DNA from: Octopus sinensis | Taxonomy: Eukaryota | Direction: 5' to 3' | Assembly (NCBI RefSeq): GCF_006345805.1 | Contig: NC_043001.1 | Location: forward strand, 24,180,001-24,244,000 | Length of the DNA: 64,000 nt | Shown: one piece after another, positions 38,253 through 51,736 of the stretch | Numbering within the stretch: the stretch's first letter is position 1 | Layout of the letters: each line of letters starts with the position of its first letter | Translations under genes and position numbers: made by a program | The notes under the pieces: model-generated | What the model was told of the DNA's origin: nothing | Databases searched by the model: none | What the model saw: the letters and a program-made list of their open reading frames with translations, nothing else

Positions 38253-38672
38253 CCAGTGCGTTTTTGCTTTCTCCCTTTTTCTTTTGTTTTTTGGTTTCTT
38301 TGATGCAGCGTCAATGAATGCTAGTGGGTGAATGACCATCCTGCTACCCCTTTGAATTTGGTGGTCATTCTTGCTACCTTGTCGTTGAATTTCTTAGCTT
38401 GCAGCATCATTTGCCTTCGGCCACTTAATCTTTGGTTTCTTCACACCTTCCTCTTTTCTTGGCTGTTCTGATTCAACAGTGGAATAACCCTTGCTATGGT
38501 TTCTTTCCAGGAGGTTCTGGTCACATGTCTTCTGGTTTTCCAACCTATGCTATTACTCCATTTGTAAAAAAAGGAGATAGTGATGAAGATGTGTCAAGGT
38601 TCATCCTTAAGTTATAAGAAGATGGATATAAAACATGTGGAGAAGGAGTGCTAGGCAGTGATAAGTAAAATC

Positions 38673-38888
38673 GCATGTTTGAACTTGGGAACAAGCTACT
38701 CACTGCGTTTTGTCATGAAGAATATACCTCACTTGTTGACAAATGGTGTGTATACACCTAGATCATACATGATGCAATTTCAAACTGGGGAACAAGCTAG
38801 GTGTATATACACCATTTGTCAACAAGCAAGATATATTCTGAATGACAAAATTCAGTGAGTAGCTTGTTTCCCAGTTCGAACATGCATC
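38673..38888. mobile_element. Small TIR element (38771-38888) plus adjacent inverted partial copy
   Basis: GATGCAATTTCAAACTGGGGAACAAGCTA / TAGCTTGTTTCCCAGTTCGAACATGCATC; 38673-38761 mirrors 38797-38885. Confidence 0.75.
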
Positions 38889-39126
38889 AAGCATATTCGG
38901 ACTGGTAATAATATTGCAACAATGCTTAATAAACAAGTTTATGGAAATAGAACGGAGGGTGCCAGACCAATAGGGGCGATGGGGATAAGGGAAATGCTGT
39001 GAGTGAACATGATGGAGTCGTCGTTGAGTGAGAATATCATTTGGAGGAGAGAGCAGAGGAAGTAGGTGTGGGTCACTTCCTATACACTCAATGGAGAGAA
39101 TTTGAGAATGATTTAACTTGAATATA

Positions 39127-39348
39127 TATTTCTTTACTACCCACAAGGGGCTACACACAGAGGAGACAAATAAGGACAGACAAACGGATTACGTTGACCC
39201 CAGTGCATAACTGGTACTTAATTTATCGACCCCGAAGGATGAAAGGCAAAGTCGACCTCGGCGGAATTTGAACTCAGAACGTAACGGCAGGCGAAATACA
39301 GCTACGCATTTCACCCAGCGTGCTAACGTTTTGTGCCAGCTCGCCGCC
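39127..39348 (-). mobile_element. SINE family B, full length, 15 bp TSD
   Basis: TSD TTTAACTTGAATATA at 39112-39126 and 39349-39363. Confidence 0.92.
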
Positions 39349-40514
39349 TTTAACTTGAATATAGCTAGTTTAGTTCAATTGCTATACTAATCTCCTTGCC
39401 TCAGTTTATGAAGCTGAAAATCATGAACCAGTTACTTCATAGTAATTGACATCGTCATTATCTTTACTATCATCAGCATTGTCAGTTTAATGTCAGTTTT
39501 ACTATCCTCATCATCATTATCAACCCTTGGACGTTACTGTCTTGAGTCAATGGACCCATAGGGCTGGTGTCCTGGTTTCCAGGGCATATAAGTGGCCAAG
39601 ATTACAACATTCTCCCAGAATGGAACACCAGTTCTTTGTAGGATTTCTCATATACAGTGGAGTGGAATAGAGCAATATGAAATAAAGTGTTTCACTCAAG
39701 AACAAAGTATGCTGCCCAATCCAGAACTTGGAACCAGTCTTGCTATCATGCATGCAATACCCACAGAGCTACCATGCCATGAATCGGATGGCTTTTCAAT
39801 GCATTTTGTATCAACTTTTCAAGGAGGCCCTGTCATCCTAGATCTGTGACACCACTTTTTTTCAAGATCTTTCTATGGTGTATGGCAAATACAGGAAGAT
39901 CTGTTGGCTGTCGATAACTTTAGTTGTTGCGAAAAATGGACAAATCTGATGATTCTTATCATGTAGTGTTCTACTCTTGCTATTCCATACTGTCTAGCCA
40001 TTTCCATCATATCACACACATCTTTCCATTTACCATCCTTTGTCTGGTACATTAATTGAACATGTCACAATAAGTACTTTTCTTGCTTAAATCTGTCAAT
40101 ACTTTTGATGCCAAACTGGTATCTCAATTTCTTTTCACATGGGTGTATTTTGTAAATAGACTTTCCACATTTGACATATATTTCAGCTCATTTCTCTTCA
40201 GTGGTGGTAGGAAGTGTATTCTTAAGGCATGGATACACTGGGCACTTGTCATGGGGCTTTACAAGTTCTAGGGGTTCAATTCTAATTAATATATGCTGTG
40301 GTTTTCTGTCAATAAATAAATAAATATATGGCCCAGTGCATTAATTGGCCAAGGGGCTTATGATGGTACTAACATAGCCCTGACAGAAGGAGGTCTTCTT
40401 TGCAAATTTGAGTGTAATTAAAAGAATCCTGAGAAAAATAGAAGCCTCATGTAATAAAGGCAAAATTAGTAATTAATTCTGCAGCAGAAATTAGACATTA
40501 TTATCACATCTGTA

Positions 40515-40748
40515 AGGCAGCTAGCTGGCAGAAACGTTATTACACGGTGTGAAATGCTTAGTGGTATTTTGTCTGTCTTTATGTTCTGAGTTCAAATTCT
40601 GCTGAGGTCAATTTTGCCTTTCATCCTTTCAGGGTCGATTAAATATGTACCAGTTAAGCACTGGGGTCGATATAATCAACTTAATCTGTTTGTCTGTTCT
40701 TGTTTGTCCCCTCTGTGTGTAGCCCCTTGTGGGCAGTAAAGAAATAAG
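40515..40748 (+). mobile_element. SINE family B
   Basis: Family B consensus through GTAAAGAAATA. Confidence 0.88.
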
Positions 40749-40799
40749 GAAAACTATCCATAGCCTATCATGACGGGAAACAGTTGCAGTGCATATCTT

Positions 40800-41108
40800 T
40801 TACTTTTTGTTGGAGCCCTGTACTTATTTTATCAATTGGTTTTTGCCAAACCACTAAGCTACAGGGATGTAAACAAACCAACAGTGGTTGTCGAGCAGTG
40901 AAGGAGAACAAAGACAAAGATGCACACATACACACATATACATATGAAGGGCTTCTATGTAGTTTCCAATCACCAAATTCATTCACAAGGCATTGGTCAA
41001 CTTGAGGCTATAGTAGACGACACCAGCCTAAGGTGATGCGTAGTGTAATTGAACCCAAAGCCATATGCTTTCAAAACAAGCTTATTAGCCAAACAACAGC
41101 CACACCTG
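40800..41108 (-). mobile_element. SINE family A, diverged
   Basis: CTAAGCTACAGGGATGTAAAC..CCAAATTCATTCACAAGGC..GCTATAGTAGACGACAC. Confidence 0.75.
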
Positions 41109-41299
41109 CATTATTAAGAAACACAAGTAACCCACCTTTTATGAATATGTGTGCTTTTTCATGTATAGAAACGGGCAGAAGGAATACTGTGGAGTGTGCT
41201 GTGTCTAAATAATCAGATGAGAAAAACAAAAAAACAGTAAATCCTAGGAAAATCTGTATCATTAGTAAATAGATGAATAAATGAATAAAATAAATCATT

Positions 41300-41600
41300 A
41301 TTATCGTTTAGCATCCGCTTTCCATACTAACATGGGTTGGACGGTTCGACTGGGGTCTGGGAAGCCAGGAGGCTGCTCCAGGCTCCAGTCTGATCTGGCA
41401 GTGTTTCTACAGCTAGATGCCCTTCCTAACGCCAACCATTCCGTGAGTGTAGTGGGTGCTTTTTACGTGCCACCAGCACAGGTGCCAGGGGAGGCTGTCA
41501 ATGGCCACAATCAGTTGGTGGTTTTTACATGCCATCGACACGGAAGCCAGTCAAGGTGGCGCTGGCATCAGCCACGTAAGGATGGTGCTTTTTAGGTGCA
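41300..41600 (-). mobile_element. SINE-like family C
   Basis: Family C consensus with subrepeats. Confidence 0.85.
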
Positions 41601-41907
41601 ACAGATAAATGAATAAATAAGTGAATAAATAAATAAAGGTAATAGATTTAATAAAATTCATTCGTGTATGCTCAGCAGAGATGAATTCTGACATTTAGAG
41701 CAGGGTGCTTTTAGGAATTTTATATCCTGCTCAAGTAGCACCAGGGAAGGAGAGTACGAATAAAAAAAAAAAACCATTGTGCTTTCCACTTGGCAGCAGA
41801 GGAAGGGAAAGTATCTTTATAGTATAAGCTCTATGCAAAATCATCATCATCGCCATCATTATCGTCATTGTCGTCATCATCATCATCACCATCAATATTA
41901 TTATTAC

Positions 41908-41951
<44 letters not shown>

Positions 41952-41954
<3 letters not shown>

Positions 41955-42508
41955 AGTGAGAGAGCAGTGCATGCCATCAAAGTGACACTGGGGTAAAATA
42001 TACGAAGTCCAGTATACCCATCATGACTACCCGTCTGATAAGGGTACACCAGGCACATGCATCACAACCATATGTGCGCGACATGGTGATCTCATATCAA
42101 GATAAACAGGGCATGACCTAGCAGGTGGGGTCCAGTTATAATTTTCTGCAGGTCGAGTAGCCCATCCCGCTCAAAAGGTCCCTGAATAAGGGTTGTTTAA
42201 GGATGTTGAACGAAACACCCATGTTTCCAGAGGTGAATTATTCAAATCCCAAAGAATTCCTTTCAACACATGGCTATGATGCTCCTCCACTACTTCTGCT
42301 TGTGATCAGAGATGCACATATCGTCAGCCACTAAGGGACCAGCTCAACTGGTTATGGTCAAACAACTGTCAAGCAAATCTGTGGTTTTGAGCAGAATATT
42401 TGCTGTAGCCCATCTTTTATACCAAGACAAAACAACGTATGTGATAACACTTCCAATCAGTTAAGATCAGAAGCCACAAGAGCCACTGCCTGGTACTGCA
42501 TCAGGGCA
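41952..42508. mobile_element. ~560 bp unclassified element inserted in an (ATT)n tract
   Basis: GC-richer block bounded on both sides by (ATT)n; no TIRs or recognisable ORF. Confidence 0.6.
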
Positions 42509-42542
42509 ATTGTTATTGTTATTATTATTATTATTATCATTA

Positions 42543-42606
<64 letters not shown>

Positions 42607-42839
42607 CATTGTTATTATTCTGGCTAAATCATTAGCATGTTGGGCAAACTACTTCACAGCATTCCCTTTGTTTTACATACTGAGTTCAAATTCCACTGAG
42701 GTTGACTTTGTCTTTTTTCCTTTCGGGATCAATAAATTAAATACCAGTGATTGGTGTAACTGACTAGACCCCTTCCACAAAATTTCATGCTTTGTGCCTA
42801 TAGTAGAAAGGTTTAATGATATTATTACTATTATTATTA

Positions 42840-42879
<40 letters not shown>

Positions 42880-42932
42880 CATTATTATCATTATTATTAT
42901 TATTATTATTATTATTTTTATTATCATTATTA

Positions 42933-43258
42933 TTATCTCTGCCTTTGCTAAGATGGAGGTATTGTTTTCAGTCGTGTTTGTTTGTTGCTGGATGGATTTC
43001 GATGAAACTTTCAGACATATTTGGTCTCATGACTGGCACGAACTGATTAGATTTTGGGATCAGTCCGGTACCGGACAAGGATTCTGGATTATTTTTCCTG
43101 TTTTTTTTTTCTTAATCTTTGAGAGTGGTTGGGTTCATTTTTAATATTCTCTTTTGTGAGAGCAGTCAAGTTTATTTAAAATATTCTCATTTTAAAAATA
43201 ATCTCTGGGTAATCATTGAGAGAACGGTGGAGGTTTGCCCTCTCTGAGTGCTCTTGTT
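42933..43258 (+). mobile_element. Helentron/HINE-like non-autonomous element
   Basis: 5' TTATCTCTGCCTTTGCTAAGATGGAGGTATTGTTTTC and 3' GGTGGAGGTTTGCCCTCTCTGAGTGCTCTTGTT subterminal repeat plus short hairpin; inserted in (ATT)n. Confidence 0.6.
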
Positions 43259-43290
<32 letters not shown>

Positions 43291-43484
43291 TATTATTATT
43301 ATATTATTATTATTATTACTATTATTATTATTATTACTATTATTACTATTATTATTATTATTACTATTATTACTATTATTATTATTATCATTATTATTAT
43401 TATTATCATTATTATTATTATTACTATTATTATTATTACTATCATTACTATTATTACCATTATTACTATTATTATTATTATTAC

Positions 43485-43553
<69 letters not shown>

Positions 43554-43888
43554 TATTATTATTACTATCATTACTATTATTATCATTATTATTACTATTA
43601 TTATTATTACTATTATTATTATTATCATTATTACTATTATTCCTATTATTATCATTATTATCATCATTATTATTATTGTTGTTGTTATTATTATTATTAT
43701 TATTATTACTATTATTATTATTACTATTATTACTATTATTATCATTATCATCATCATCATTATTATTATTATTTCTACTATTATTATTATTACTATTATT
43801 ATCATTATCATCATCATCATTATTATTACTATTATTACTATTATTATCATTATCATCATCATCATTATTATTATTATTATTATTATTA
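43257..43888. repeat. ~630 bp (ATT/ATC/ACT)n trinucleotide microsatellite
   Basis: Direct inspection. Confidence 0.97.
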
Positions 43889-45244
43889 AGGCACTGGGGT
43901 CAGTGAAATGAGCATCGGTTGAGTACTGGGGTTGATGTAATTGAACAGCCCCTTCCCACCAAATTTCAAGCCTAGTACCTATAACAGAAAAGGTCATCAT
44001 CATCATCATTGTTGTGGTTGTTAATTTGTAGTATTTCATATCTTAGTTATCATAAACAATGGTTTATTATGATTACTTCATATTCTCGATAATTAAAATG
44101 TGTTTATATATTGTAACTGAATATCCTGACAAATATCACATTCCCTGTTGTCTGATTATACAACAATCTCACATTTGAACTCTACCTGGACAGGGTTTCT
44201 CCACCTACATAGATCTCTTTGCATGCAGCCAATGTGTTGTCAGGTGTTTCAGACTGTTATAGCTGATGTTAGAGACACTGCTTGCCTGTGTGTACGCGCA
44301 CAAGCATCTCTATGTGCATGAATGAGAGAGAGAGTATGTGTGTGTGTGTGTGTTTGTGTGTGTTAGAGATAAGAGGCTGGGAATGGCAGAGAGAGAGAGA
44401 GAGAGAGGGTGTAGTAATGAAATGGAAGGTATGAGGGGAGAAGTGAAAAGAAAGAAATATAATTATAGAAGACAGTTAGTGATGAAGAGAAGGGAAAGAA
44501 AGAAGAATAACTGGAAATGGCAGGTAAATAGTGAAGGAATCAGTGCAGAAATCAGAGAGAGAGAGAGAGAATAATAGGAAAGAAAAATTGATGATGGAAA
44601 TGACAGTGAAAGCGGTATACAAAAAAAAAAAAGCAGAGCAGTAGAGAGAGAAAACATACACATATGCATATATATACAGACAGTGATACATAGAGATATA
44701 GACATGTACATGCGCACACATATACACACACGTGTGTGCCCATGCATGTACACACACACACATGCAGACACATACACATACACATAAGCACATACATGAA
44801 GTCGGGGGGGTTTTAGTGAGACTGAGCGAGTGAATGAGAATGAGTGAGAGAGACAGGGAGTGTTAAAGAGAGATAGATAGAGAGAGGGGGAGAGACAGAG
44901 AGTGAGAGAGACAGACAGACAGAGCAGTGATGAATTAAAGAGTAAGATAGAAAAAAAAAATTGTATCAATTAGCGACAGAGAAAGAGAGAGCGAACGAGT
45001 GAGAGAGAGGGTGTAAGGATGAGTGAGAGAAAGATGGAGAAACAGAGAGAGAGAGAGAGAGGGAGGTGACTGGTGTGAACAAGTGGTGGGGAGAGAAAAA
45101 AGATTTATAAAATAAAAGAAAAACAAAAATGAAAGGAAAACAGAAAAAACAAAAAAAAATATGATCATACTTTGAGAAAGTGAGAGAAAATGAAAGAGGG
45201 AGGAGGGGGAGTCAACGGGGAAAGAGACACAAGCAATAAGTAGA

Positions 45245-45402
45245 AAATACATATATATATATATACACATACATACATATATCATATTATACATACATAT
45301 ATATACATATATTTACACATACATATATATGTATATATATATATATATATATAATTTTACGTATATCTATATATATTTATATATACATATATATAATATA
45401 AT

Positions 45403-45440
<38 letters not shown>

Positions 45441-45582
45441 CATATAATTTTATGTATATCTATATATATATATACATACATATAATTTTATATATATATA
45501 TATACATACACATAATTTTATCTCTTTATCTATCTATATTATACACATACATATAATTTTATGTATTATCTATATCTATATC

Positions 45583-45648
<66 letters not shown>

Positions 45649-45711
45649 ATCCATACATATAATTTTATGTATACCTATATATATATATCCATACATATAA
45701 TTTTATGTATA

Positions 45712-45791
<80 letters not shown>

Positions 45792-45812
45792 TATATATAA
45801 TATATGTACATA
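45245..45812. repeat. (TA)n compound microsatellite with recurring CATATAATTTTATGTAT unit
   Basis: About 8 ATAATTTTA anchors between variable (TA)n spacers. Confidence 0.9.
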
Positions 45813-46783
45813 TAGAGAGTAACAAATAGGTGAAAGAAGAGAAATTTTGAAGAAAGCAAAGAAGAAATGCTGAAAGAAAAGCTAGTAGTGACTTAGTATA
45901 AAGATATTATTTTACTTTGCATTCTTAAGGTTTCTCATTACCTACTCGGATCTCTCCACCCTCCCCGTCTCTGTCTGTCTATCTAACTCTCTCTCATTCT
46001 CTATCTCTGTCTGTCTCTCTCTCTCTCCCTTTATAATATATACACTGAGTCTGTTGAAATGGTAGTACTAACGCTATAGTGTTATGGCACGCACTTACTA
46101 TAGTGTAATAGAAACAGCATTAACCTACTGTGCAGCAACACTGCAGTAGGAAATGGTAAGCACAGAATATAGGAATAAAGAGGGGGGGAGTGAGGTGAAG
46201 AGGAAGGCAAGTTGATAATATAGCAAAATACATACAGATGAGAGGATGCATGTCCTCTCATCTGTATATAATGCCAGGTATGAACATACATACATACATA
46301 CATACAGACACAAACACAAGGTATGAGTGTGTGTGAAGACATGTGTCCTCACATCAGGATACAATAGGCGGTATATCTATATATGTGTGTATGTGTGTGT
46401 ATGAGAAATACTGTGAAATGGCTGAAAAGCGGTAAATTTTTTATATATCTATATATATATATATATATTAGATATATATATTTTTTTTTGTTTTTTTTTT
46501 GAGTAATTAAAACAAGTTTAAGTTTTTGGTATAAGGAGAAAATAGTTTTAGACTTATGTTGTTGTTGTATGTATGAAAATAAAATTATAAAAATATGCTT
46601 TCACAGAGTATACATATGTGTGTATGTGTGTGAATGTGCATGTGTATGTGTCTGCATATAGGTATATATATATATATTATATACGTATGTATATATATAT
46701 ATATATATACATACATACACATATGTATATATGTATATGTATGTACATATGTATATATGTAAAATATTATTATTATTACTATT

Positions 46784-46815
<32 letters not shown>

Positions 46816-46817
<2 letters not shown>

Positions 46818-47220
46818 CATCATCATCATCATCATCATTTAACGTCCGCTTTCCATGCTAGCATGGGTTGGACGGTTCAACTGGGGTCTGGGGAGCCCGA
46901 AAGCTGCACCAGTCCAGTCAGATCTGGCAGTGTTTCTACAGCTGGATGCCCTTCCTAACGCCAACCACTCCGAGAGTGTAGTGGGTGATTTTATGTGCCA
47001 CCGACACAGGTGCCAGACGAGCTGGCAGACGGCCACGCTCGGATGGTGTTTTTATGTGCCACCGACACAGGTGCCAGATGAGGCTGGCAAACGGCCACGA
47101 TCGGATGGTGCTTGTTACGTGCCCACAGCACAGGGCCAGTCGATGCGGTACTGGCTACGGCCACGTTCGGATGGTTTTCTTGTGTGCCACGTGCCACCGG
47201 CACTGGTACCACAAAGATAC
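46816..47220 (-). mobile_element. Family C element with 3-4 ~60 bp tandem subrepeats, in (TA)n
   Basis: TGTGCCACCGACACAGGTGCCAGA..GGCCACG..CGGATGGT repeated. Confidence 0.88.
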
Positions 47221-47232
47221 AAATTTTCATTG

Positions 47233-47264
<32 letters not shown>

Positions 47265-47401
47265 TATTATAGATATTATATATATATATATATATATATA
47301 TAATTCCATATATATATATAGAAATATATGTGTTATATGTGCATAAGTGCTTCTACATGACACACCACACACCTGTGCGTGCACGCACACACACACACAC
47401 G

Positions 47402-47437
<36 letters not shown>

Positions 47438-47807
47438 TTGAATGGCTTTTCAGGGGATATGTGATTTCTTTATGAATATTATTCATAGAAAACATACATT
47501 AATGCATACTTATATACATATACATGTGTATACATATGTATATATATGTATATATATACATATACATGTACATATATATATACATATACATATATATAAA
47601 TATATATGAATATATATATATATATATATATCTACATACATGTACATATATGTGTGGTGTCTATATATGAGTATATATATCTGTTTATGTGGTTGTATTG
47701 ATGTAAAAGTGTAAATGTATGTGTATGTATGTATATATATATATGTATGTATGCATGTATATGTGTGTGTGTGTGTGTGTATGTGCGTGTATGCCAGGTC
47801 ATATATC

Positions 47808-48500
47808 TACACAGAGTGTTCCAAAAAGTTGTATACACGTATTGAATGATTGAGTCAGTGTTCATTGAAGTACATTTCATTTTCAAACTTTAATAGAATC
47901 TACGGATAGAATTTAATTTTTTCTTTCTGAATGCCCCTCTTCAAACTGTTGACAATTCTGGTTTGGGAAATGCTGATAATGTGAAGCATCAGAATGGCAA
48001 ACATCAAGAAACGTTTTGTTTGGCATTTGTGCAATGGCTGACCTCACTTTATCAACTGTTGCTGGCTTTGTTCTGTAAACATTTTTTAAGTATCCCCATA
48101 AAAATTGACTGAGAGTGGTGAGAGGTCTGGTGAATGGGAAGGTATTTTATGAAACCTCTTCATCCTGTTCACCTGTTTGATAAAATCTCATAAAAGTGGG
48201 CCCTTACATTGCTAGGACAGTATTGTGGTGCCCCATTTTACTGGAAATAAAATTCCACATCTTCAAGGTTCACTTGAATATTTGGCAAAACAGACTGTTA
48301 CAGGAAGTTCAGGTGCATGTGACAAGTCACAGTACCATTACAACAGAATGGTCCAATTAATCATTTTTGGTGGTAAGCCACACCTTACTGGAACACCTGG
48401 TAAATCAACATGATGTTCTTCCATAATATGCAGATTCCCAGGCCACAGTAGGTGCAACTGTGGCAGTAAATTGAGCCATTTAATTTAAATGTAGTCCCAT
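47808..48500 (-). pseudogene. Decayed Tc1/mariner-superfamily transposase with terminus
   Basis: Minus strand FYFQ*NGAPQ (about 48252-48222) and PSHSPDLSPL..FLWGYLK (about 48142-48085); TIR-like CAGAGTGTTCCAAAAAGTT. Confidence 0.75.
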
Positions 48501-50151
48501 CATTTCAGACAATCTCTGTTGAAAAGTGTGTGTGTGTGTGTGTGTGTGTGCACGCGTGTGTGTGTGTGTGTGTTGTGTGTGTATTCAATTTTCTATCAAA
48601 TATGTGAAGCACACTAAGTATCAATATTTTGTTTCTGTTTTATCTGTTGATAGCAAGAGTTAGCATGTGATTGCGTTAGCTGGGAATTCCCAACCTTGAT
48701 ATTCTCTGATCAGCAAGTTATTAAAAAAACAACCTGTTCTATTATGCTATTCGTCAGTTGCTTATGTACATACAAGCATAGATTTTTGAACATTTTCTCA
48801 CCTCAGATATTTGGGTTTCGATGAGAAATTTACTGTGACTGCAGCTCAGATGGAATAAGATTTTGCTTGTGTTGATGCTTGTGTGCATATATATATAAAC
48901 ACAGTTACATATATATATATATATATATATGTAACTGTGTTTTTGTACACTGCATACTCTCTCTCTCACACACACACACATCTATCTACCTATCTCCAGA
49001 TAATCCTCTCTCTTTGTATATTATATATATATTATCGATTTATATAAAATTCTTCGTCTCTCTGTCTGTCTTTCTGTCTGTTTTTCTGTTTGTTCCTTAT
49101 GCATTCTCAAATGGCTCCACCGAATCAAATCAAATTTTACAAGATAATAGTATCAAATCCTATGAGTGTTGACATGTGATATTTTTTTCATGTGGATTAA
49201 AATAATATAACATTGGCACTGGTTTGGTATTGTGTGTCAAAAATGAAAGAATAACATCGATATAGCAACATGAAATAATATTGTTTCACTTTTATTCTTT
49301 CACTTAATTCTAATGTGATAACACTAAGGTCATATGAATAATCTATATCCTAATGTGAACAACATTATGCATTGAGAAATTTCCAACTTAATGGCCATGA
49401 CTGTGGAATGGTGTATCAGTGTATGCCACCAAAGAAAAGACATACTCTCTCCAGAAACAAGTATAAAACAAGGAGGATTGTAGGAAACCAAGGGTGAGAG
49501 TCTCAAGAGAGAAGTGAGATGAAACTTTCTCAAGATCAGTAAATGCATGCTGCAGAATGTCAAATGGAGTCTCAATAGAGAGGGGAGATCAGACTTTCCC
49601 AATGATCTTTCATTTTCCATCAACCAATTCCACTTACAAGGCTTTGATCTGCTTGCGGCTATAGTAGAAAATACTTGCTCAAGGTGCCATACAGCAGAAT
49701 TGAACCCCAAAACATGTGGTTGGGAAGCAAGTTTCTTACCACACACTCATGCCACAGTATTTGACTTTTCTTTCAAAAGAATGAAATATTAGTTTTTAAA
49801 CTAATAATTACACTCCATTATTTATCATTTAATTTTCTTCAAGATTCACCATTCAAAAAAAAAAAAGAATTATTTCATCTTGGAGTTTCTCAATTCCAGT
49901 GACATCAACATCTAAAGTTTCCAAAATGGAGAGAAGGATTGCTCTGGTCATGTTTACAGGAGATGTGAGTGTGAGAGCCATAGGCAACTTTCAGTATCTA
50001 TTTAAAGGGTTTTTAACTTACTTTTTACCCCCCATTATAACTTTACTTTGATCAAGATTCACCATTCCTAAAAATAATCATGCATGCATACACACATACA
50101 TACACACACACATACACACACATACATACATACATACACATATACATATCA

Positions 50152-50698
50152 GAAAGAAAGAATGAACAAGCAAAACATATGGCATCACTTTACAGCATGT
50201 AATTTATAATTCAAATATAATTACAGAATTGTTAGAGTAAATAAAGGATTAAGCAGTTATGCACAAAGCCTCTTACAGTTTTCTGTAGAATAGCTGTGCA
50301 ACTGGTGCATTTGGTACATAACTCATTGAGCGACAATTTCCATATAAAACCAACTGTTTCATCTTCGGAGAGGAAGGATTAAAGAATATCCTTAACAAAT
50401 GATATTAGCAGTTACCAGGTTCATTGTCGAAGGATAAAGGAATATCATTACTAAAAGGTATTATTTATAATGTCATGTAAGGATATTTCTTAATCCTTCC
50501 TCTATGAAGATGGAATAGTTGGCTTTTATATAGAAATCTTTGCACAATGAGATATGGACTGTATGCACAGCTATTCCAGAGACAGTTGTAAGAGACTTTA
50601 TGCATAGCTTCTTAATCCTTTATTTACTCTACAATTATGTTTGAATTATAAATTGCATGCTGTAAAGTAATACATGTTTTGCTCGTTCATTCTTTCTC
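50152..50698. repeat. ~550 bp diverged fold-back element (arms ~230 bp) with decayed hammerhead-like motifs
   Basis: 50152-50393 mirrors 50477-50698; arms contain (C)AATGAG...GA(A/G)A(C)AG/ACTGTA-AGAG. Confidence 0.85.
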
Positions 50699-51040
50699 TT
50701 TAATATCTATCTATCTATCCGCTCAATGAGAAGCCACTTATAGCCATTCATTGCTAGAGAGCCACAACATCACTTTTGTTTAGTTTTAGTTGCAATTCCA
50801 GTCAGCAATTTTTTTTTGTCATAAACTAACCCAAGAAATTAATGTATATACTTATTACATTACATCGTTAGGCACAATTTCTATACATAAGCACACACAC
50901 ACATGTATATATACATAGAGAGAAATAAAGAGAGAGCTATGTTTGTGCATATATGTGTGTGTGTGCTTGTGTATGTATTTTAAGAATTGTACCTTCAAAA
51001 CCCTCAGTAAAAATGACTGAAACAAGTAAATGAGTAAAGA

Positions 51041-51082
<42 letters not shown>

Positions 51083-51177
51083 ATATATATATATATAATT
51101 GTTAAACAGGACGTCAAACATTAAGGCAAGGCAAACATCTCAAGTCATATACAATATTATTACAGGAAGAAATCCAA

Positions 51178-51235
51178 AATCTTAGAGTTATTTCTGGAAT
51201 ATCCTTGAGTATGGGATATTCCATCATCAGAGACT
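51178..51235 (-). ncRNA. Putative type I hammerhead ribozyme
   Basis: AGTCT-CTGATGA-TGGAATATCC-CATACTCAA-GGATATTCCA-GAAA-TAACTCTA-AGATT: 5 bp helix I, perfect 10 bp helix II. Confidence 0.7.
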
Positions 51236-51444
51236 AACTGGGGAAAAAACATGGAAAACAAGAATGGTATATATCAATAAGAGGATAACATAGAGGAATG
51301 GAGTAAAAGAATAAGGAGATGGAAAGAGAGAAAATCTTTTTGTTCTCTTTCCATCTCCTTATTCTTTTACTCTATTCCTCTATGTTGTCCTCTTATTGAT
51401 ATACACCATTCTTGTTTTCCATGTTTTTCCCCAGTTTGTCTCTG
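51228..51444. repeat. ~100 bp-arm fold-back palindrome adjoining the hammerhead
   Basis: CAGAGACTAACTGGGGAAAAAACATGG...GGAAAGAGA mirrored as TCTCTTTCC...CCCCAGTTTGTCTCTG. Confidence 0.9.
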
Positions 51445-51473
51445 TTACAACACTTACCTAGCATACTTAATCA

Positions 51474-51736
51474 TTTGGTAGACGAAAACTGAAAGAAGCC
51501 CGTCGTATATATGGATATATATGTGTGTGTGTATATGTTTGTGTGTCTGTGTTTGTCCCCCCAACATTGCTTGACAACTGATGCTGGTGTGTTTACGTCA
51601 ACATAGCTTAGTGGTTCAGCAAAAGAGACCGATAGAATAAGTACTAAGCTTACAAAGAATAAGTCCTGGGGTCGATTGGCTCAACTAAAGGCGGTGCTCC
51701 AGCATGACCACAATCAAATGACTGAAACAAGTAAAG
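51474..51736 (+). mobile_element. SINE family A 3' part
   Basis: Matches 575-835. Confidence 0.88.

Noticed and set aside
43216-44039. Long ORFs (213-246 aa) of poly-I, poly-L and poly-Y
   Set aside because: Translations of the (ATT)n microsatellite, not genes
46990-47200. Regularly spaced ~60 bp repeats resembling a CRISPR array
   Set aside because: Whole units are homologous with no unique spacers; they are internal subrepeats of family C in a eukaryotic context with no cas genes
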